Shown: positions 20,126 through 30,438, numbered from the stretch's first letter. The stretch is DNA of 64,000 nucleotides from Polyangiaceae bacterium (GCA_965222375.1 CBDCTZ010000016.1:2848001-2912000); one strand, 5' to 3'. Notes: generated from the letters alone by a model not told the origin. A program made the numbers and translations.

Positions 20126-21561
20126 CACAGAGTGTTTCAGTATCCGATAGCAAGAAGGCCGGCGGCAAAGACTACTTCGTCAAAGACATGGGCGAAGCGG
20201 ATTTCGGTCGCAAAGAGATCACCATCGCCGAAAAAGAGATGCCCGGCCTCATGGCGACTCGGGAAAAGTACGGCCCGCAAAAGCCCCTGAAGGGCGTGCG
20301 AGTCTCCGGTTCCTTGCACATGACGATTCAGACCGCGGTGCTGATCGAGACTCTCAAGGATCTCGGTGCCGACGTGCGTTGGGCGTCCTGCAACATCTTC
20401 TCGACCCAGGACCATGCGGCGGCGGCCATCGCGGCGACGGGTACGCCCGTGTTCGCGTTCAAAGGTGAGAGCCTCGAGGAGTACTGGGACTTCACTTTCC
20501 GCATGCTGACCTGGCCGGACGGCAAAGGTCCGCAGCTGATCGTGGACGACGGTGGCGACGCGACCCTGCTGATCCATCGCGGTTACTACGCGGAGAAGAA
20601 CCCCGCGATTCTCGACGAGCCCACCGACAATGAAGAGCTCCAGCTCGTCAACAAGCTGCTCAAGCGCGTGCAGAAGGAAAACCCCAAGCACTGGCACAAG
20701 ATCGTCGAGGACATCGTGGGTGTGTCCGAGGAAACCACCACGGGCGTGCACCGGCTGTACGAGATGCAGAAGAAGGGCGAGCTGCTATTCCCGGCCATCA
20801 ACGTCAACGACTCGGTGACCAAGAGCAAGTTCGACAACGTCTACGGCTGCCGCGAATCCCTCGTGGATGCCATCAAGCGCGCTCTAGACCTGATGATTGC
20901 CGGCAAGACCGCCGTGGTCTGTGGTTTCGGCGATGTGGGCAAGGGCTCGGCCCAGGCGTTGCAGGGTCACCACGCGCAGGTTCACGTGACCGAGGTCGAC
21001 CCCATCTGCGCGCTTCAGGCGTGCATGGGTGGCTTCAAGGTCGTCACCGTCGAAGACGCTCTGCCCTACGCCGACATCTACGTCACCACCACGGGCAACA
21101 AGGACATCATCACCGCCGAGCACATGGCCAAGATGAAGGACCAAGCCGTGGTCTGCAACATCGGCCACTTCGACAACGAGATCCAGGTGGCGAAGCTGAT
21201 GGCGTACCCCGGCATCAAGCGCACCAACATCAAGCCCCAGGTGGACATGTTCACGTTCCCCGACGGCCACTCGATCTACCTTCTTGCCGAAGGTCGCTTG
21301 GTCAACCTCGGTTGTGCAACTGGTCACCCGAGCTTCGTGATGAGCAACTCTTTCACGAACCAGACCCTCGCGCAGATCGACTTGTGGAAGAACAAGCGCA
21401 ACGTGGGCGTCTACGTACTCGACAAGAAGCTGGACGAGGAAGTCGCGCGTCTGCATCTGTCCAAGCTGGGCGCGAAGCTCACCAAGCTCACCCCAGAGCA
21501 GGCCGAGTACATCGGCGTCGAGGTGGACGGGCCCTTCAAGCCCGAGCAGTACCGCTACTGA
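20122..21561 (+). CDS. ahcY: Adenosylhomocysteinase
   Basis: [36 protein letters not shown]. Confidence 0.98.
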   Translation: MTQSVSVSDSKKAGGKDYFVKDMGEADFGRKEITIAEKEMPGLMATREKYGPQKPLKGVRVSGSLHMTIQTAVLIETLKDLGADVRWASCNIFSTQDHAAAAIAATGTPVFAFKGESLEEYWDFTFRMLTWPDGKGPQLIVDDGGDATLLIHRGYYAEKNPAILDEPTDNEELQLVNKLLKRVQKENPKHWHKIVEDIVGVSEETTTGVHRLYEMQKKGELLFPAINVNDSVTKSKFDNVYGCRESLVDAIKRALDLMIAGKTAVVCGFGDVGKGSAQALQGHHAQVHVTEVDPICALQACMGGFKVVTVEDALPYADIYVTTTGNKDIITAEHMAKMKDQAVVCNIGHFDNEIQVAKLMAYPGIKRTNIKPQVDMFTFPDGHSIYLLAEGRLVNLGCATGHPSFVMSNSFTNQTLAQIDLWKNKRNVGVYVLDKKLDEEVARLHLSKLGAKLTKLTPEQAEYIGVEVDGPFKPEQYRY

Positions 21562-21583
21562 TAGCCAAGCTGCCCAACAAACG

Positions 21584-21620
21584 AGCGGCGTGGTCCTTGC
21601 GGGCTACGCCGCTTTTTTTT
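21584..21620 (+). terminator. Intrinsic terminator after ahcY
   Basis: agcggcgtggtcc-ttgc-gggctacgccgct hairpin followed by T run. Confidence 0.85.
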
Positions 21621-21635
21621 GCTAAGCTGCGCGGC

Positions 21636-22673
21636 ATGCGAATCAGCGCAATCGTGGTTGCCACGGCTCTGGCTGCTCTGGGCTGTGGAAAATCCGACGA
21701 CACGAAGGGTGGCAGCGGTGGAAGCGCAGGGGACGCGGCCGCCGACGGAACCAGCACCAACTGCAAGACCGACAGCGCTACGAGCCTCATGGACTGCGTG
21801 GACACGGAGCTACTCAAGAAGGATGTGACCTTCATCGCCAAGCCGCGGGCGCCGGGCACGGCCCATTGGCAAGCGGTCCAAGACCTGTGCGCTGATCGCT
21901 TCGCTAAGTACGGTTTCACGGTGGAACGCCACAAGTACGCCACCGGCGTCAACGTCATCGGGCGCAAGCCCGGCACGGGCAAACCGGACGATCAAGTCAT
22001 CGTCTCGGCCCACTACGACAGCACGCCGGGCTGCAGTGGCGCCGACGACAACGCCACCGGCGTCGCGGCGGTCTTGGAGACCGCGAGGATTCTGGGTCCT
22101 CTTTCCTTCGACCAGACCTTGGTGGTCGCGTGCTGGGACGAGGAAGAGGACGGTCTGATCGGCGCCCAGGCCTACGCGAATCGCGCCAAGAGCCAGGGCG
22201 AGAAGGTCACAGTCATGTATTCCCTCGAGATGATCGGCTACACCAACGACGCACCAAACTCGCAAACGGTCCCAGCCGGCTTCGACCTGTTGTTCCCCGA
22301 GGAGATCAAGAAGGTCGAGGGCAATCAGTTTCGTGCGGACTTCGTCGCCCAAGTCAGCATCGACAACGCCATGCCATCCCTCAACGCCTTTCGGGCGCAT
22401 GCTGACGCGATCGGCTTGCCGAATGTCCTGTTGACCGTGACTCCTGCCCAGGCCCTCAACCCGCTTCTGTCCGACTTGCAGCGCTCGGATCACGCGGCGT
22501 TTTGGCAAGCCGGCTATCCGGGAATCATGGTCACGGATACGAGCAACTTCCGCTACAAGCAGTATCACTGCGCCGGAGGCGAGGACGATATCTCGCTGCT
22601 CGACTTCGACTTCATGACCAAGGTCACCAAGGCGCAGCTGGGCGCCGAGGTGGACGTCCTCGGGCTGAAGTAG
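21636..22673 (+). CDS. M28-family peptidase lipoprotein
   Basis: ALGC lipobox; SAHYD, GADDNATG, DEEE, SLEMIG, SDH. Confidence 0.9.
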   Translation: MRISAIVVATALAALGCGKSDDTKGGSGGSAGDAAADGTSTNCKTDSATSLMDCVDTELLKKDVTFIAKPRAPGTAHWQAVQDLCADRFAKYGFTVERHKYATGVNVIGRKPGTGKPDDQVIVSAHYDSTPGCSGADDNATGVAAVLETARILGPLSFDQTLVVACWDEEEDGLIGAQAYANRAKSQGEKVTVMYSLEMIGYTNDAPNSQTVPAGFDLLFPEEIKKVEGNQFRADFVAQVSIDNAMPSLNAFRAHADAIGLPNVLLTVTPAQALNPLLSDLQRSDHAAFWQAGYPGIMVTDTSNFRYKQYHCAGGEDDISLLDFDFMTKVTKAQLGAEVDVLGLK

Positions 22674-22676
22674 CGC

Positions 22677-23936
22677 TCAGCGGAAGATCAGCGCGACCAG
22701 CACCACCAGCATCGCTAACGCGCACACCGCTGCAATCGCGATGCCCCAGGGGGGAAGCGCCGGCTTCGCGGACGGTGGCGCCGAGGCTGGTCGCTCTGCC
22801 GGACCCGACTGCGACTGCTGCGGCGCGGACTCGGCCTGCGTGTTGTGAAGATGCTTCTGCCGCTGCTGAAAGTGCGTCGTGATCATCGCCCCGAGGGCGG
22901 CAGTCGCGTCACCCGCGCCCTGCACCTCTCGAGCGGTAGCAAGAGCATCAGCAAACTCCGACGCGGACGCGAAGCGTTGCGTCGGATCCGAAGCACATGC
23001 CTTGGCCACGATCTCCGAGAGTTTGGCTGGCACATCCGGCCGAATGGCGCCGGGGTCGATGCGCTTCATGTGCAGTAGCCGTAAGATCGAATCTCCGGCG
23101 CTCTTGCCATCGAAGGCTCGCTGCAGCGTGAGTGCTTCGAACAGCACGATGCCCAAAGAGAAGATGTCCGAGCGGCGGTCGACGGTCTCGCCCCGAGCAT
23201 GCTCCGGAGACATGTAGGCGAATCGGCCCTTGAGCAGCCCTTTGGCGGTTGTCATGCCGCGGTCGGAGAACTTTGCGATCCCGAAATCCGACAGTGCCAC
23301 CCGACCCTGAAAGGAGAGCAGGATGTTTTGCGGCGAAATGTCTCGGTGTACGAGTTGAATCGGATTGCCGGAGGCATCCCGGAGCTCGTGCGCGTGGTGC
23401 AGACCCCGCGCGGCTTTCTCGATCACCCAGCTTGCGAGCCAGGGATCCAACTGGCGCCCATGTCGCCTGCAGGCCGCCAGGAGTTCCGAAAGCGACGCGC
23501 CCAGCAAGAGCTCCATGACCAGGAAGGGCACTCCCTCGTGGTCGCCGGATTCCAATGTGCGAACGACGTTGTCGTGGTCCAGGCTCGTCGTGACCCTCGC
23601 TTCCGCGAGAAAGGTGAGCAGCCCGCGCTCGTCCCGCTCGATCTTGTCCATCACCTTCACGGCATAGACGGCGTCGGGCCGCCCCTGCTGCTCTGCGACG
23701 TAAACCGACGAGGTGCCGCCGGAAGCTAGCTGGTACAGGATGCGGTAGTTGCCAATCTGCAGCGGAGGCGGCGGTTCGCTCGCTACGCGCCAAGATGGTT
23801 TGGAGCTATGCGGCCTGGAAGCAGCCGGCCGCGAGCCCAAGGGTCGGGAGCCCCGCATGTGCGCGCTGCGCGGGCGTGGCGACGCGTCGGGTTGCGGCGC
23901 GCGAGCGGCGGTGCGGGAGCGGGCGGGCGCGGTCAC
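22677..23936 (-). CDS. Membrane-anchored Hanks-type Ser/Thr kinase
   Basis: AVK, HRDISPQN, DFG, YMSPE, C-terminal TM; start uncertain. Confidence 0.92.
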   Translation of the reverse strand: MTAPARSRTAARAPQPDASPRPRSAHMRGSRPLGSRPAASRPHSSKPSWRVASEPPPPLQIGNYRILYQLASGGTSSVYVAEQQGRPDAVYAVKVMDKIERDERGLLTFLAEARVTTSLDHDNVVRTLESGDHEGVPFLVMELLLGASLSELLAACRRHGRQLDPWLASWVIEKAARGLHHAHELRDASGNPIQLVHRDISPQNILLSFQGRVALSDFGIAKFSDRGMTTAKGLLKGRFAYMSPEHARGETVDRRSDIFSLGIVLFEALTLQRAFDGKSAGDSILRLLHMKRIDPGAIRPDVPAKLSEIVAKACASDPTQRFASASEFADALATAREVQGAGDATAALGAMITTHFQQRQKHLHNTQAESAPQQSQSGPAERPASAPPSAKPALPPWGIAIAAVCALAMLVVLVALIFR

Positions 23937-24220
23937 TGGGGCCGGGAAGTTAACACGCCGCGGTAGAAGAGACCGTTGGCAGGGGTCATATCAGCTCTTT
24001 TTGGTACCAAGCGTTGCAGCCAAAATGCCGTGTAGAACCCCGGTAGCTCGATAGCGGGCTGAAAGCCAAACTTCTTGTACGGACTCTGGGCGGCGTGCAT
24101 GTGCTCCAGGGTTTCCAGTGTAGCGGAGGCCGCAGCACGCGATTTGGGGGAGGCCGCCCGCCCGCAGCGCCAGGGGCGCGAGGACGGACGGGGTGGGGGC
24201 AGCCCAACAAAAGAACGTCC

Positions 24221-25081
24221 TCAGGGCGTCAGCGAGACTTCGAAGCGATTGGCGCCGAACTGCTCCACGATTTCGTAGAGCGGCGGCGCGATGTCGTAGA
24301 CGTCTGGTTGGTAGCCGAGGGTCGGCAAGTCGGTCCAGCGAAACGCTCGGTTCAGGTTGGCTACGATGGTCAGGGTGCCGGCGCTCGTCGGGGTGACGGT
24401 CAAGTCCAGGGGGAAGTACACGGCCCAAGCGCCATTTTCGACCTTGGCTTCGGCCTCCGCCGTCTTGGTGACGCTCGGAATCGGCGTGACGCCCGTGAAG
24501 TCCTTCGTGGCGCCTCCGGCGGCGAAGGTGTGCTCGAAGTCGCCTGCGGCGTAGGTCTTGCCGCTTACGCTCACTCCTTCGGACGTGATCTGCAAGATAG
24601 ACAATTTGCCTGCAGTGGGCGTGATGCTGTCGTGCAGGGTCGCGTCCACGTCGAAGCGAGACCAGTCTTGAACCAAGCGCGCCTGCACGTAGTGCCCGGG
24701 GCGGATCTCGCTCGGACTCAGGGTGCCAAGCTTCGTGGTTGCGCCGTCATCGTAGCTCACGTTGACGGCTGCGCCGGAATACAGCACGAAGCGGCCACCC
24801 TGGTCGTCAATGAGTTCCAAGGAGCTGACGCCGGCGGTCACGTTTTGCGCCGTTTGGGATGCAAGCTTGTCTTGGTGCGGGTAGCTGGCCGTGCTGCCTT
24901 GGATCACGACGCGCAGCGTCGTTGCGGAGCCGCCGCCACTGCCCGCGGCTCCACTACTTCCAGCTGCGCCGCTACTGCCCGCGGCTCCGGCGCTGCCCCC
25001 TGCACCGAGATTGCTCGATTCGCCGGAGCTGCCGCACGCCATACACAAGACACCGATTGGAAAAAGGAATCGCAGTTTCAT
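24221..25081 (-). CDS. Hypothetical lipoprotein with Gly/Ser linker
   Basis: MKLRFLFPIGVLCMAC lipobox. Confidence 0.8.
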   Translation of the reverse strand: MKLRFLFPIGVLCMACGSSGESSNLGAGGSAGAAGSSGAAGSSGAAGSGGGSATTLRVVIQGSTASYPHQDKLASQTAQNVTAGVSSLELIDDQGGRFVLYSGAAVNVSYDDGATTKLGTLSPSEIRPGHYVQARLVQDWSRFDVDATLHDSITPTAGKLSILQITSEGVSVSGKTYAAGDFEHTFAAGGATKDFTGVTPIPSVTKTAEAEAKVENGAWAVYFPLDLTVTPTSAGTLTIVANLNRAFRWTDLPTLGYQPDVYDIAPPLYEIVEQFGANRFEVSLTP

Positions 25082-25094
25082 GGTCGCCCCGCCT

Positions 25095-25110
25095 TGCACT
25101 GTTCGTGCCG
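25095..25110 (-). promoter_or_regulatory. Candidate sigma54 promoter
   Basis: CGGCACG-AACA-GTGCA on minus strand, ending 13 nt before ATG 25081. Confidence 0.4.
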
Positions 25111-25373
25111 CCGAATCTGTCCGTTGGCAAGGCGTGATCGAGGTCAATTGCGTGCCGACAAACTTTGGGCCAATTCTCTGGCGTGGCGAGGCGCCCGTGG
25201 CAAGGGGACGGCCTACCGTGACTTTCGCTTCACAGCGGAGGGGGGACTTCGGAGTCACGCTGCCGGCGGACTATCCGGGGCTACGAACCCGGAGCCCTCG
25301 AATAAGGGCTCGCTCGAGGGCCCCTGGTTACGGCCCCGGGGACCTCGGCGGCAGCGGTGATAAGCTGGCGCCA

Positions 25374-26606
25374 ATGGCCAATCTGCGTGTTTCGCTGCTC
25401 TGCCTGGGGATGCTCACGCTCGGCTGTGGCTCCGGCTCACCCGCTTCCCGGGCCAAAGCTCCGGAAATGCCAACGGAGCAGACCAAGTGCAAGATCGCCG
25501 CCGGTTCTGAGAATCCCTTGGTCACCGAGTGGCCCGCCTCCGAGAAGGCCAACCTGGAAGCACGGCTGCGCGAGGGTGGCGTCGTGGTGCAGTACGGCGG
25601 CTGCGAGATGAAGCTCCTCCCTCAATGCCGGGTGCGGGGGCGTTACGGCTGGCGTCGCACGACGACTGCCACGGACACCTTGGAAATCCGCGATGCGGAC
25701 GAGCTGTACGCAAAGCTTCCCCTGGGCGCCGTGCAACTCGAAGGCGAGCTCGCCCGGTCTGGGCGACTGGCGGTGCAGACGACGGTCAGCGGTCAACTGG
25801 AGCTTTCCGGTCACGACTTCAACACCGTGGAGCGGGACCGCTCCTGCGATGGCGCGACCCATATCGTTGGTGCACTTTCCGTCGGCGCGTTCAAACTGCG
25901 CTCCGGCGGCACCGTGCGTGCGGGTGGTGGAGTTGGCGTGATGGGCGCCGGCGCCGGCGCAAAGACACAGAGCTCAGAAACGGTGATGCGGGAAGCTGGC
26001 GACCCCGCCGTGTGTGGGCAAGCTACGGAGCAAGCCCCGAATCCCGAATGTGGTTCGCCCATCCAGATCTTCCTACGCCCGTTGCCAAAAACCCTGAGAG
26101 ATCGCGCTCCCGAAGGCACCATGAAGGTCGCTTTCGCGACCGGCGAAACCGATACGGACTGGGAAGTGATGGTTGGGGATCGCACGCTGTGCAAGACGCC
26201 CTGCGAGAAATTCATCGATCCCGTCATGCCCGTTTCGATGGTGCACGACGCGGGCTTTTTGCAGCAGGATCACGTCGTCGATGTGCCCGATCTGCGGGAG
26301 CATCAGGCGGATGCGCCGCTCACTATCAAGGCGCACAAGCGCAAGACGGGGCTGCTCGTCTTGGGCATCAATGGTGCGACCTTCGGCGGATTGGCGACCG
26401 CCGGTGGCATCGCCTTCCTGGCGATTGGCTGCCCGAGTGAAGACAAGAAGGGGCTGTGTACTGCGGGGGCCATCACGCTGCCTCTCGGCGCGGCGCTACT
26501 GGGCTTGGGGATCTACGCCATCGTCAACTCAGGCTCCCGGGCGGAAATCGTCCCGCAGACCGGTCTGCGCATGCCCTCGGAATTCGGAGTGGGCGGGAAG
26601 TTCTAA
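25374..26606 (+). CDS. Hypothetical lipoprotein with two C-terminal hydrophobic helices
   Basis: MANLRVSLLCLGMLTLGC lipobox. Confidence 0.8.
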   Translation: MANLRVSLLCLGMLTLGCGSGSPASRAKAPEMPTEQTKCKIAAGSENPLVTEWPASEKANLEARLREGGVVVQYGGCEMKLLPQCRVRGRYGWRRTTTATDTLEIRDADELYAKLPLGAVQLEGELARSGRLAVQTTVSGQLELSGHDFNTVERDRSCDGATHIVGALSVGAFKLRSGGTVRAGGGVGVMGAGAGAKTQSSETVMREAGDPAVCGQATEQAPNPECGSPIQIFLRPLPKTLRDRAPEGTMKVAFATGETDTDWEVMVGDRTLCKTPCEKFIDPVMPVSMVHDAGFLQQDHVVDVPDLREHQADAPLTIKAHKRKTGLLVLGINGATFGGLATAGGIAFLAIGCPSEDKKGLCTAGAITLPLGAALLGLGIYAIVNSGSRAEIVPQTGLRMPSEFGVGGKF

Positions 26607-26623
26607 GCGCAGGAGTTTTCGAC

Positions 26624-27559
26624 TCACTGCTTGCGAAAATAGCGCCCGAATACATAGAGCCCCGTCGACTTTTCGACGGCCCAGCGCGGGATCGCGAAGC
26701 GATTGGTCGTCGTGTGCACTTTGGCGCCGACTGCTGCAAAACCCGCTCGATAACCCGCAGCTTCGACCGCTCGTTGCACCCGCCTGTTGTGAGCACCCAG
26801 CGGGTAGATGAACGCCTCGGGGCGGACTCCCACGTGCCGTTCGATGAGCTCCCGCGAATGCACGAGTTCGAGCTCGAGATGGCGTGGACCCAGACGAGTG
26901 AGATTGCGATGGGTGTGGCTGTGATTGGCGACCGTAGCCAGGCCCGAGGCGACGAGCTCTTTCAGCTCGGCCCAGGTCATAGTGCCTCTCGAGTCGTGAT
27001 TGACGACGGCCTCGGTTGCGATGGCGACTGTGAAGGGCAGCCCTCGTTCTTTCAAAATCGGGAAGGCCGTGGTGTAGCCGTTTCGTTCACCGTCATCGAT
27101 GGTGATGACGGCGATGCGCTTGGGTAGCCGTCGCTTCCCTTCCAGGAAATCCAACAGTGCGCCGAGCGGTACGACCTCGATCTCGTTTTCCGCCAAGAAG
27201 TCCAACTGCGACTTGAACGCGGTTGGGGAAACCGCGGGGCGCTGGACACTGAACCAACCAAAGCTGTGATACAGCAGCACCCGAGCGTCGGTTTCTTCCC
27301 TTGCCACCAAGGCGTTCTTGGGCTGCCAACGGTCCTTCGATGGGTCTGTGGTCTGTTGGCTGTCTCCGCTAGCGTCGGGCAAATCCGCCGTGGCTTGTGA
27401 AGCTGGGACTTCGGGCTGGATAGTTTGCGCTGCGGCTTCGGGCCCGGGCGCGACGGTTGGCGCGACGCTGTCCACCATGCGGGTCGGGGCGGCTTTCGGC
27501 GAATGGCCGCAGGCCGCCACTGCCGCAAGCATGAACCACCCCGGGAAACGCCGAGTCAC
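26624..27559 (-). CDS. Polysaccharide deacetylase (CE4) lipoprotein
   Basis: LLYH, ITIDDG, NHSHTH, FIYPLG. Confidence 0.9.
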   Translation of the reverse strand: MTRRFPGWFMLAAVAACGHSPKAAPTRMVDSVAPTVAPGPEAAAQTIQPEVPASQATADLPDASGDSQQTTDPSKDRWQPKNALVAREETDARVLLYHSFGWFSVQRPAVSPTAFKSQLDFLAENEIEVVPLGALLDFLEGKRRLPKRIAVITIDDGERNGYTTAFPILKERGLPFTVAIATEAVVNHDSRGTMTWAELKELVASGLATVANHSHTHRNLTRLGPRHLELELVHSRELIERHVGVRPEAFIYPLGAHNRRVQRAVEAAGYRAGFAAVGAKVHTTTNRFAIPRWAVEKSTGLYVFGRYFRKQ

Positions 27560-27628
27560 AGTGAAACGCTAGCGGATCTAGCGGCAGCGGCCCAAATTCC
27601 GCGCCCGAGAGCCGAGCGTCACCGGGCG

Positions 27629-29155
27629 CTAGAACGCCTTCTTCACGTAGAGCACCACGTTGCGATCGTCCGCGTTGCCGCTCTGGTCTTCGATCCAGCC
27701 GCTGGTGAGATCCACCACCGAGCGCTTGCGTCCGTCTTCGGCGATAGGGTCGCCTTCGGTCGAGTAGTCGAGGTTGATGGCGCGCAGTGCCATGAAGCCG
27801 TTGTCCTTGTCCCAAACCTCGATCATGCGCATCTGGTTCGGGTAGTCGGCCAGCGCCGCGGTGATCAACTCCCAATAGGGCATCGCCCCCGCGGCTTGTC
27901 GAATGTGCACGCGGTGAATGTGAGAGTGCCCTGTCAGGTGGGCTAATACGTTTTTGTAGCTCCCTACTACGGCGCGCCACTCTTCTTCCGTGAGGGCGCC
28001 CTCTTGGACTTTGCCGCCGAGGGTCCCGTCCGCGAGGGTATTCGAGCTGTGGTGCGACGCGAGGATCACCCACTTCTCATCTTTGACAGCCTGGTCCAGC
28101 GCGGGACGGATGAAACCAGACACATCCTTGTCCGTGATCACACCCTCGGCGCCGCCCAATTCTGTGGCCGAATCGATTACCAGCATGCGAATGGACGCAT
28201 TGGGCAAGTCATAGACGAAATTGGCCTTGTTGCGCGCAACGACGCTTGCATCGATGCCGTGGCCGTCGCCGTCCGCGGCTATGCCCTCGAGGATCTGCTT
28301 GACCGTGAGGGGGATGCGCCGCTCGTCGGGAACCACCACGTCCCGAGTGACCGGCCCGCCCGGTTTCGACCAGTCTCGAGCGCCAAAGGGCGCTTCATCG
28401 CCGATGGCGCGGTCGCTGAGCTCTGCGATTGGCGTGATGCCTTGCACCAACACGTCATGATTGCCGGATACCCATAGCCACGGCATCGCCAAGCCTTCCG
28501 GGATGAGCGCGTCCTTGGGGTCGTTGTCGGGGCCCGGCACCGGATCGTCGTTCTTACCTGAGTCGCACTCCACGCGGCTGCCGCCACTGAGGAGTTTCAG
28601 CAGCCACTCGTGCTCGTTCTGCTGCGCGCTGTCGACGTTGTCCCCACCGAGAATCACGAACTCGATGGGAGTGTCCTGATGCAACCGATTGATGGTGCGC
28701 ACGGCCGCATTGAGGATGTGGCACTCATGACCCTCTTGCGGGCGATAGGGGCTAGAGAAGAGCGGGAAGTCCAAGGCAGCGAAGCGCGACGGCGATTCGT
28801 CATCCACCAGCTGGATGTCCGCGAGATGCACGAAACGTGTCAGCAGTTTCGGGTTATCGCCATCGGAGGGAGGATCGGAGCCGTCGAGAGTCAGCTCTAG
28901 TACCGACTCACCGGGGCCGAACTCTGTGTCGCCGAAGCCCTGCTCCAGGAATGCGTCCATCGCTTCGGGCACTTGGACGTTCTTGTCGAGATCGGCTTGC
29001 TCCAAGGCGTGCGCGGGCACGAGGGTGCGCTCCGTCGTCAGCGGTGCCTCGCTCAGGGGTGGCAGCGGCTTGGTTTCAATGACCACCTCGTCGCTGCCGC
29101 AGGCCACGCACAGGGCCGCCGCCAGCGTGAGCCAAATTGTCTGCTGCGATTTCAT
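27629..29155 (-). CDS. Calcineurin-like metallophosphoesterase lipoprotein
   Basis: HLADIQ, GGDNVD, GNHD, SHH, GHSH. Confidence 0.88.
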   Translation of the reverse strand: MKSQQTIWLTLAAALCVACGSDEVVIETKPLPPLSEAPLTTERTLVPAHALEQADLDKNVQVPEAMDAFLEQGFGDTEFGPGESVLELTLDGSDPPSDGDNPKLLTRFVHLADIQLVDDESPSRFAALDFPLFSSPYRPQEGHECHILNAAVRTINRLHQDTPIEFVILGGDNVDSAQQNEHEWLLKLLSGGSRVECDSGKNDDPVPGPDNDPKDALIPEGLAMPWLWVSGNHDVLVQGITPIAELSDRAIGDEAPFGARDWSKPGGPVTRDVVVPDERRIPLTVKQILEGIAADGDGHGIDASVVARNKANFVYDLPNASIRMLVIDSATELGGAEGVITDKDVSGFIRPALDQAVKDEKWVILASHHSSNTLADGTLGGKVQEGALTEEEWRAVVGSYKNVLAHLTGHSHIHRVHIRQAAGAMPYWELITAALADYPNQMRMIEVWDKDNGFMALRAINLDYSTEGDPIAEDGRKRSVVDLTSGWIEDQSGNADDRNVVLYVKKAF

Positions 29156-29284
29156 CTGGGCTCAGTCTAGCAGCGTCCAGAGCGCAGCGTTGCCAAGGGT
29201 GTGGGGGATGACGCCGCGGATGCTAGCGTCTCGGCTCGTCCGGCGCGGAAACCTCAGCGCGGCCTGCTCGTGTGCGGGTAGTCG

Positions 29285-29578
29285 ATGGGCCGATCGGCAA
29301 CTCGGTGGCCGCGGGAGCAATGGGACGGAATCGAGCGTGTGGCGGATGGTGTCACTGTGCTGAAGCTAGCCGAAGTTCAATGCAGCAAGCCGCCGAAGGT
29401 CTCCTACGCTGCCGGGGTTCCAGGGGTGACCCCAGCCGCGGCCCGGACCCTGATTCTGGGGGGCGCGATCAAAAACGTCTGCGGGTGGAACGCCGACTCG
29501 ATCGAGTTGAAGCGCGTCGACGACATCTCGCGCGTCTCGGTTCCTCCCGAAAAAGCCGGCACTCCATTCTTGCGGTGA
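29285..29578 (+). CDS. Hypothetical protein or gene fragment
   Basis: 97-aa ORF with GC-rich third positions, no motif. Confidence 0.3.
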   Translation: MGRSATRWPREQWDGIERVADGVTVLKLAEVQCSKPPKVSYAAGVPGVTPAAARTLILGGAIKNVCGWNADSIELKRVDDISRVSVPPEKAGTPFLR

Positions 29579-29622
29579 GTTCCAATCGCGACTCAGCCAG
29601 GTTGGCTACCACGAAGCGCGTC

Positions 29623-29669
29623 GAACCGAACCCAATCCCAGACATCCACAACCGGCGTGGAGGCGGGCC
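29623..29669 (+). repeat. Direct repeat X, copy 1 (matches 35686-35732)
   Basis: cgaaccgaacccaatcccagacatccacaaccggcgtggaggcgggcc vs cgaaccgaccccaaacccaaaccttcacaaccggcgtggagggggcc. Confidence 0.8.
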
Positions 29670-29749
29670 CTCGAGCTCTTCAGACGCGAGACTGCCGCAA
29701 CCGGCGTGGAGGCGGGCCCTCGAGCTCTTCAGACGCGAGACTGCCGCAA
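29649..29749 (+). repeat. Perfect 49-bp tandem duplication including the mazF stop codon
   Basis: caaccggcgtggaggcgggccctcgagctcttcagacgcgagactgccg x2. Confidence 0.92.
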
Positions 29750-30082
29750 TCCAAGCGCCAGAGCCAAACCCTGGTCGACCTGCATCATGACCCGCTGGGA
29801 TAGGGAGCCCTGTTGTTCGGCAAACAGCGACTTGTCGACCGTCATCACCTGACAGACCAGAATCACAGACGGCTTGGGCAGACCGCTCTGTTTAGGGGCA
29901 ACTTCGACATTTCCAATCGCCAAGGCTCGCTGGAGGTTGGATGTGAGGGGCGCGACCATGACCGTCCCGAGCAGGCTGTCGGTGAGCAAGTCATCCTGGA
30001 CGACGAGTACGGGTCGTCGAAACCCTGGTTGAGACCCGTGAGGCTCAGCGAGATCCAACCACCAGACTTGTCCGCGCTTCAT
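29729..30082 (-). CDS. mazF: MazF/PemK-family endoribonuclease toxin
   Basis: MKRGQVWW, GSQPGFRRPVLVVQ, APLTSN, SVILVCQVMTVDK. Confidence 0.93.
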   Translation of the reverse strand: MKRGQVWWLDLAEPHGSQPGFRRPVLVVQDDLLTDSLLGTVMVAPLTSNLQRALAIGNVEVAPKQSGLPKPSVILVCQVMTVDKSLFAEQQGSLSQRVMMQVDQGLALALGLRQSRV

Positions 30083-30321
30083 TCCCATTCCACGTCAAGC
30101 AGCGCTTGGCGGGTGACCTCTCTGCGCACTGCATCCGCTTCCGAGTCAGAACCCGAGCCGAACGCTGCGTTGTAGGAATCCGTGATGCTCCGCTCGAGCC
30201 GAGTCGCCAGAAATGCCCGGACCGCCCGAGTAAACAGCTCACTACGAGAGAGTCCAAGGCGTTTGGCTGCTTGCTCGGCTTGCTCAAACACATCGTCCGG
30301 GATGGAGATGGCGGTCTTCAT
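30079..30321 (-). CDS. Ribbon-helix-helix antitoxin (MazE6/ChpI-like)
   Basis: MKTAISIPD...LGLSRSELF; 4-nt overlap with toxin. Confidence 0.9.
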   Translation of the reverse strand: MKTAISIPDDVFEQAEQAAKRLGLSRSELFTRAVRAFLATRLERSITDSYNAAFGSGSDSEADAVRREVTRQALLDVEWE

Positions 30322-30328
30322 GACTCGA

Positions 30329-30346
30329 GTATAACCCGAGTTATAC
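30329..30346 (-). promoter_or_regulatory. TA operator palindrome overlapping -10 box (probably leaderless transcript)
   Basis: gtataac-ccga-gttatac; TATACT on minus strand 6 nt before ATG. Confidence 0.75.
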
Positions 30347-30358
30347 CATTGGACCAGC

Positions 30359-30438
30359 TCCGGGAAGCCAGCACGTTTCTAGCAGCCGATCTCAGAAGGC
30401 GGCGTTGCCGGGAGCGGGGGGTAGGGGATGGCGTCACG
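30359..30438 (-). repeat. Degenerate copy of asnS 3' end plus downstream sequence (att-like)
   Basis: Matches 35770-35848; encodes RDAIPYP then a 1-nt deletion. Confidence 0.88.

Noticed and set aside
21021..21635. N-terminal extension of the 550-aa ORF
   Set aside because: Off-frame overlap with ahcY and crosses its terminator; true start is ATG 21636
29649..29749. CRISPR array
   Set aside because: Two abutting identical units with no spacers and no cas genes
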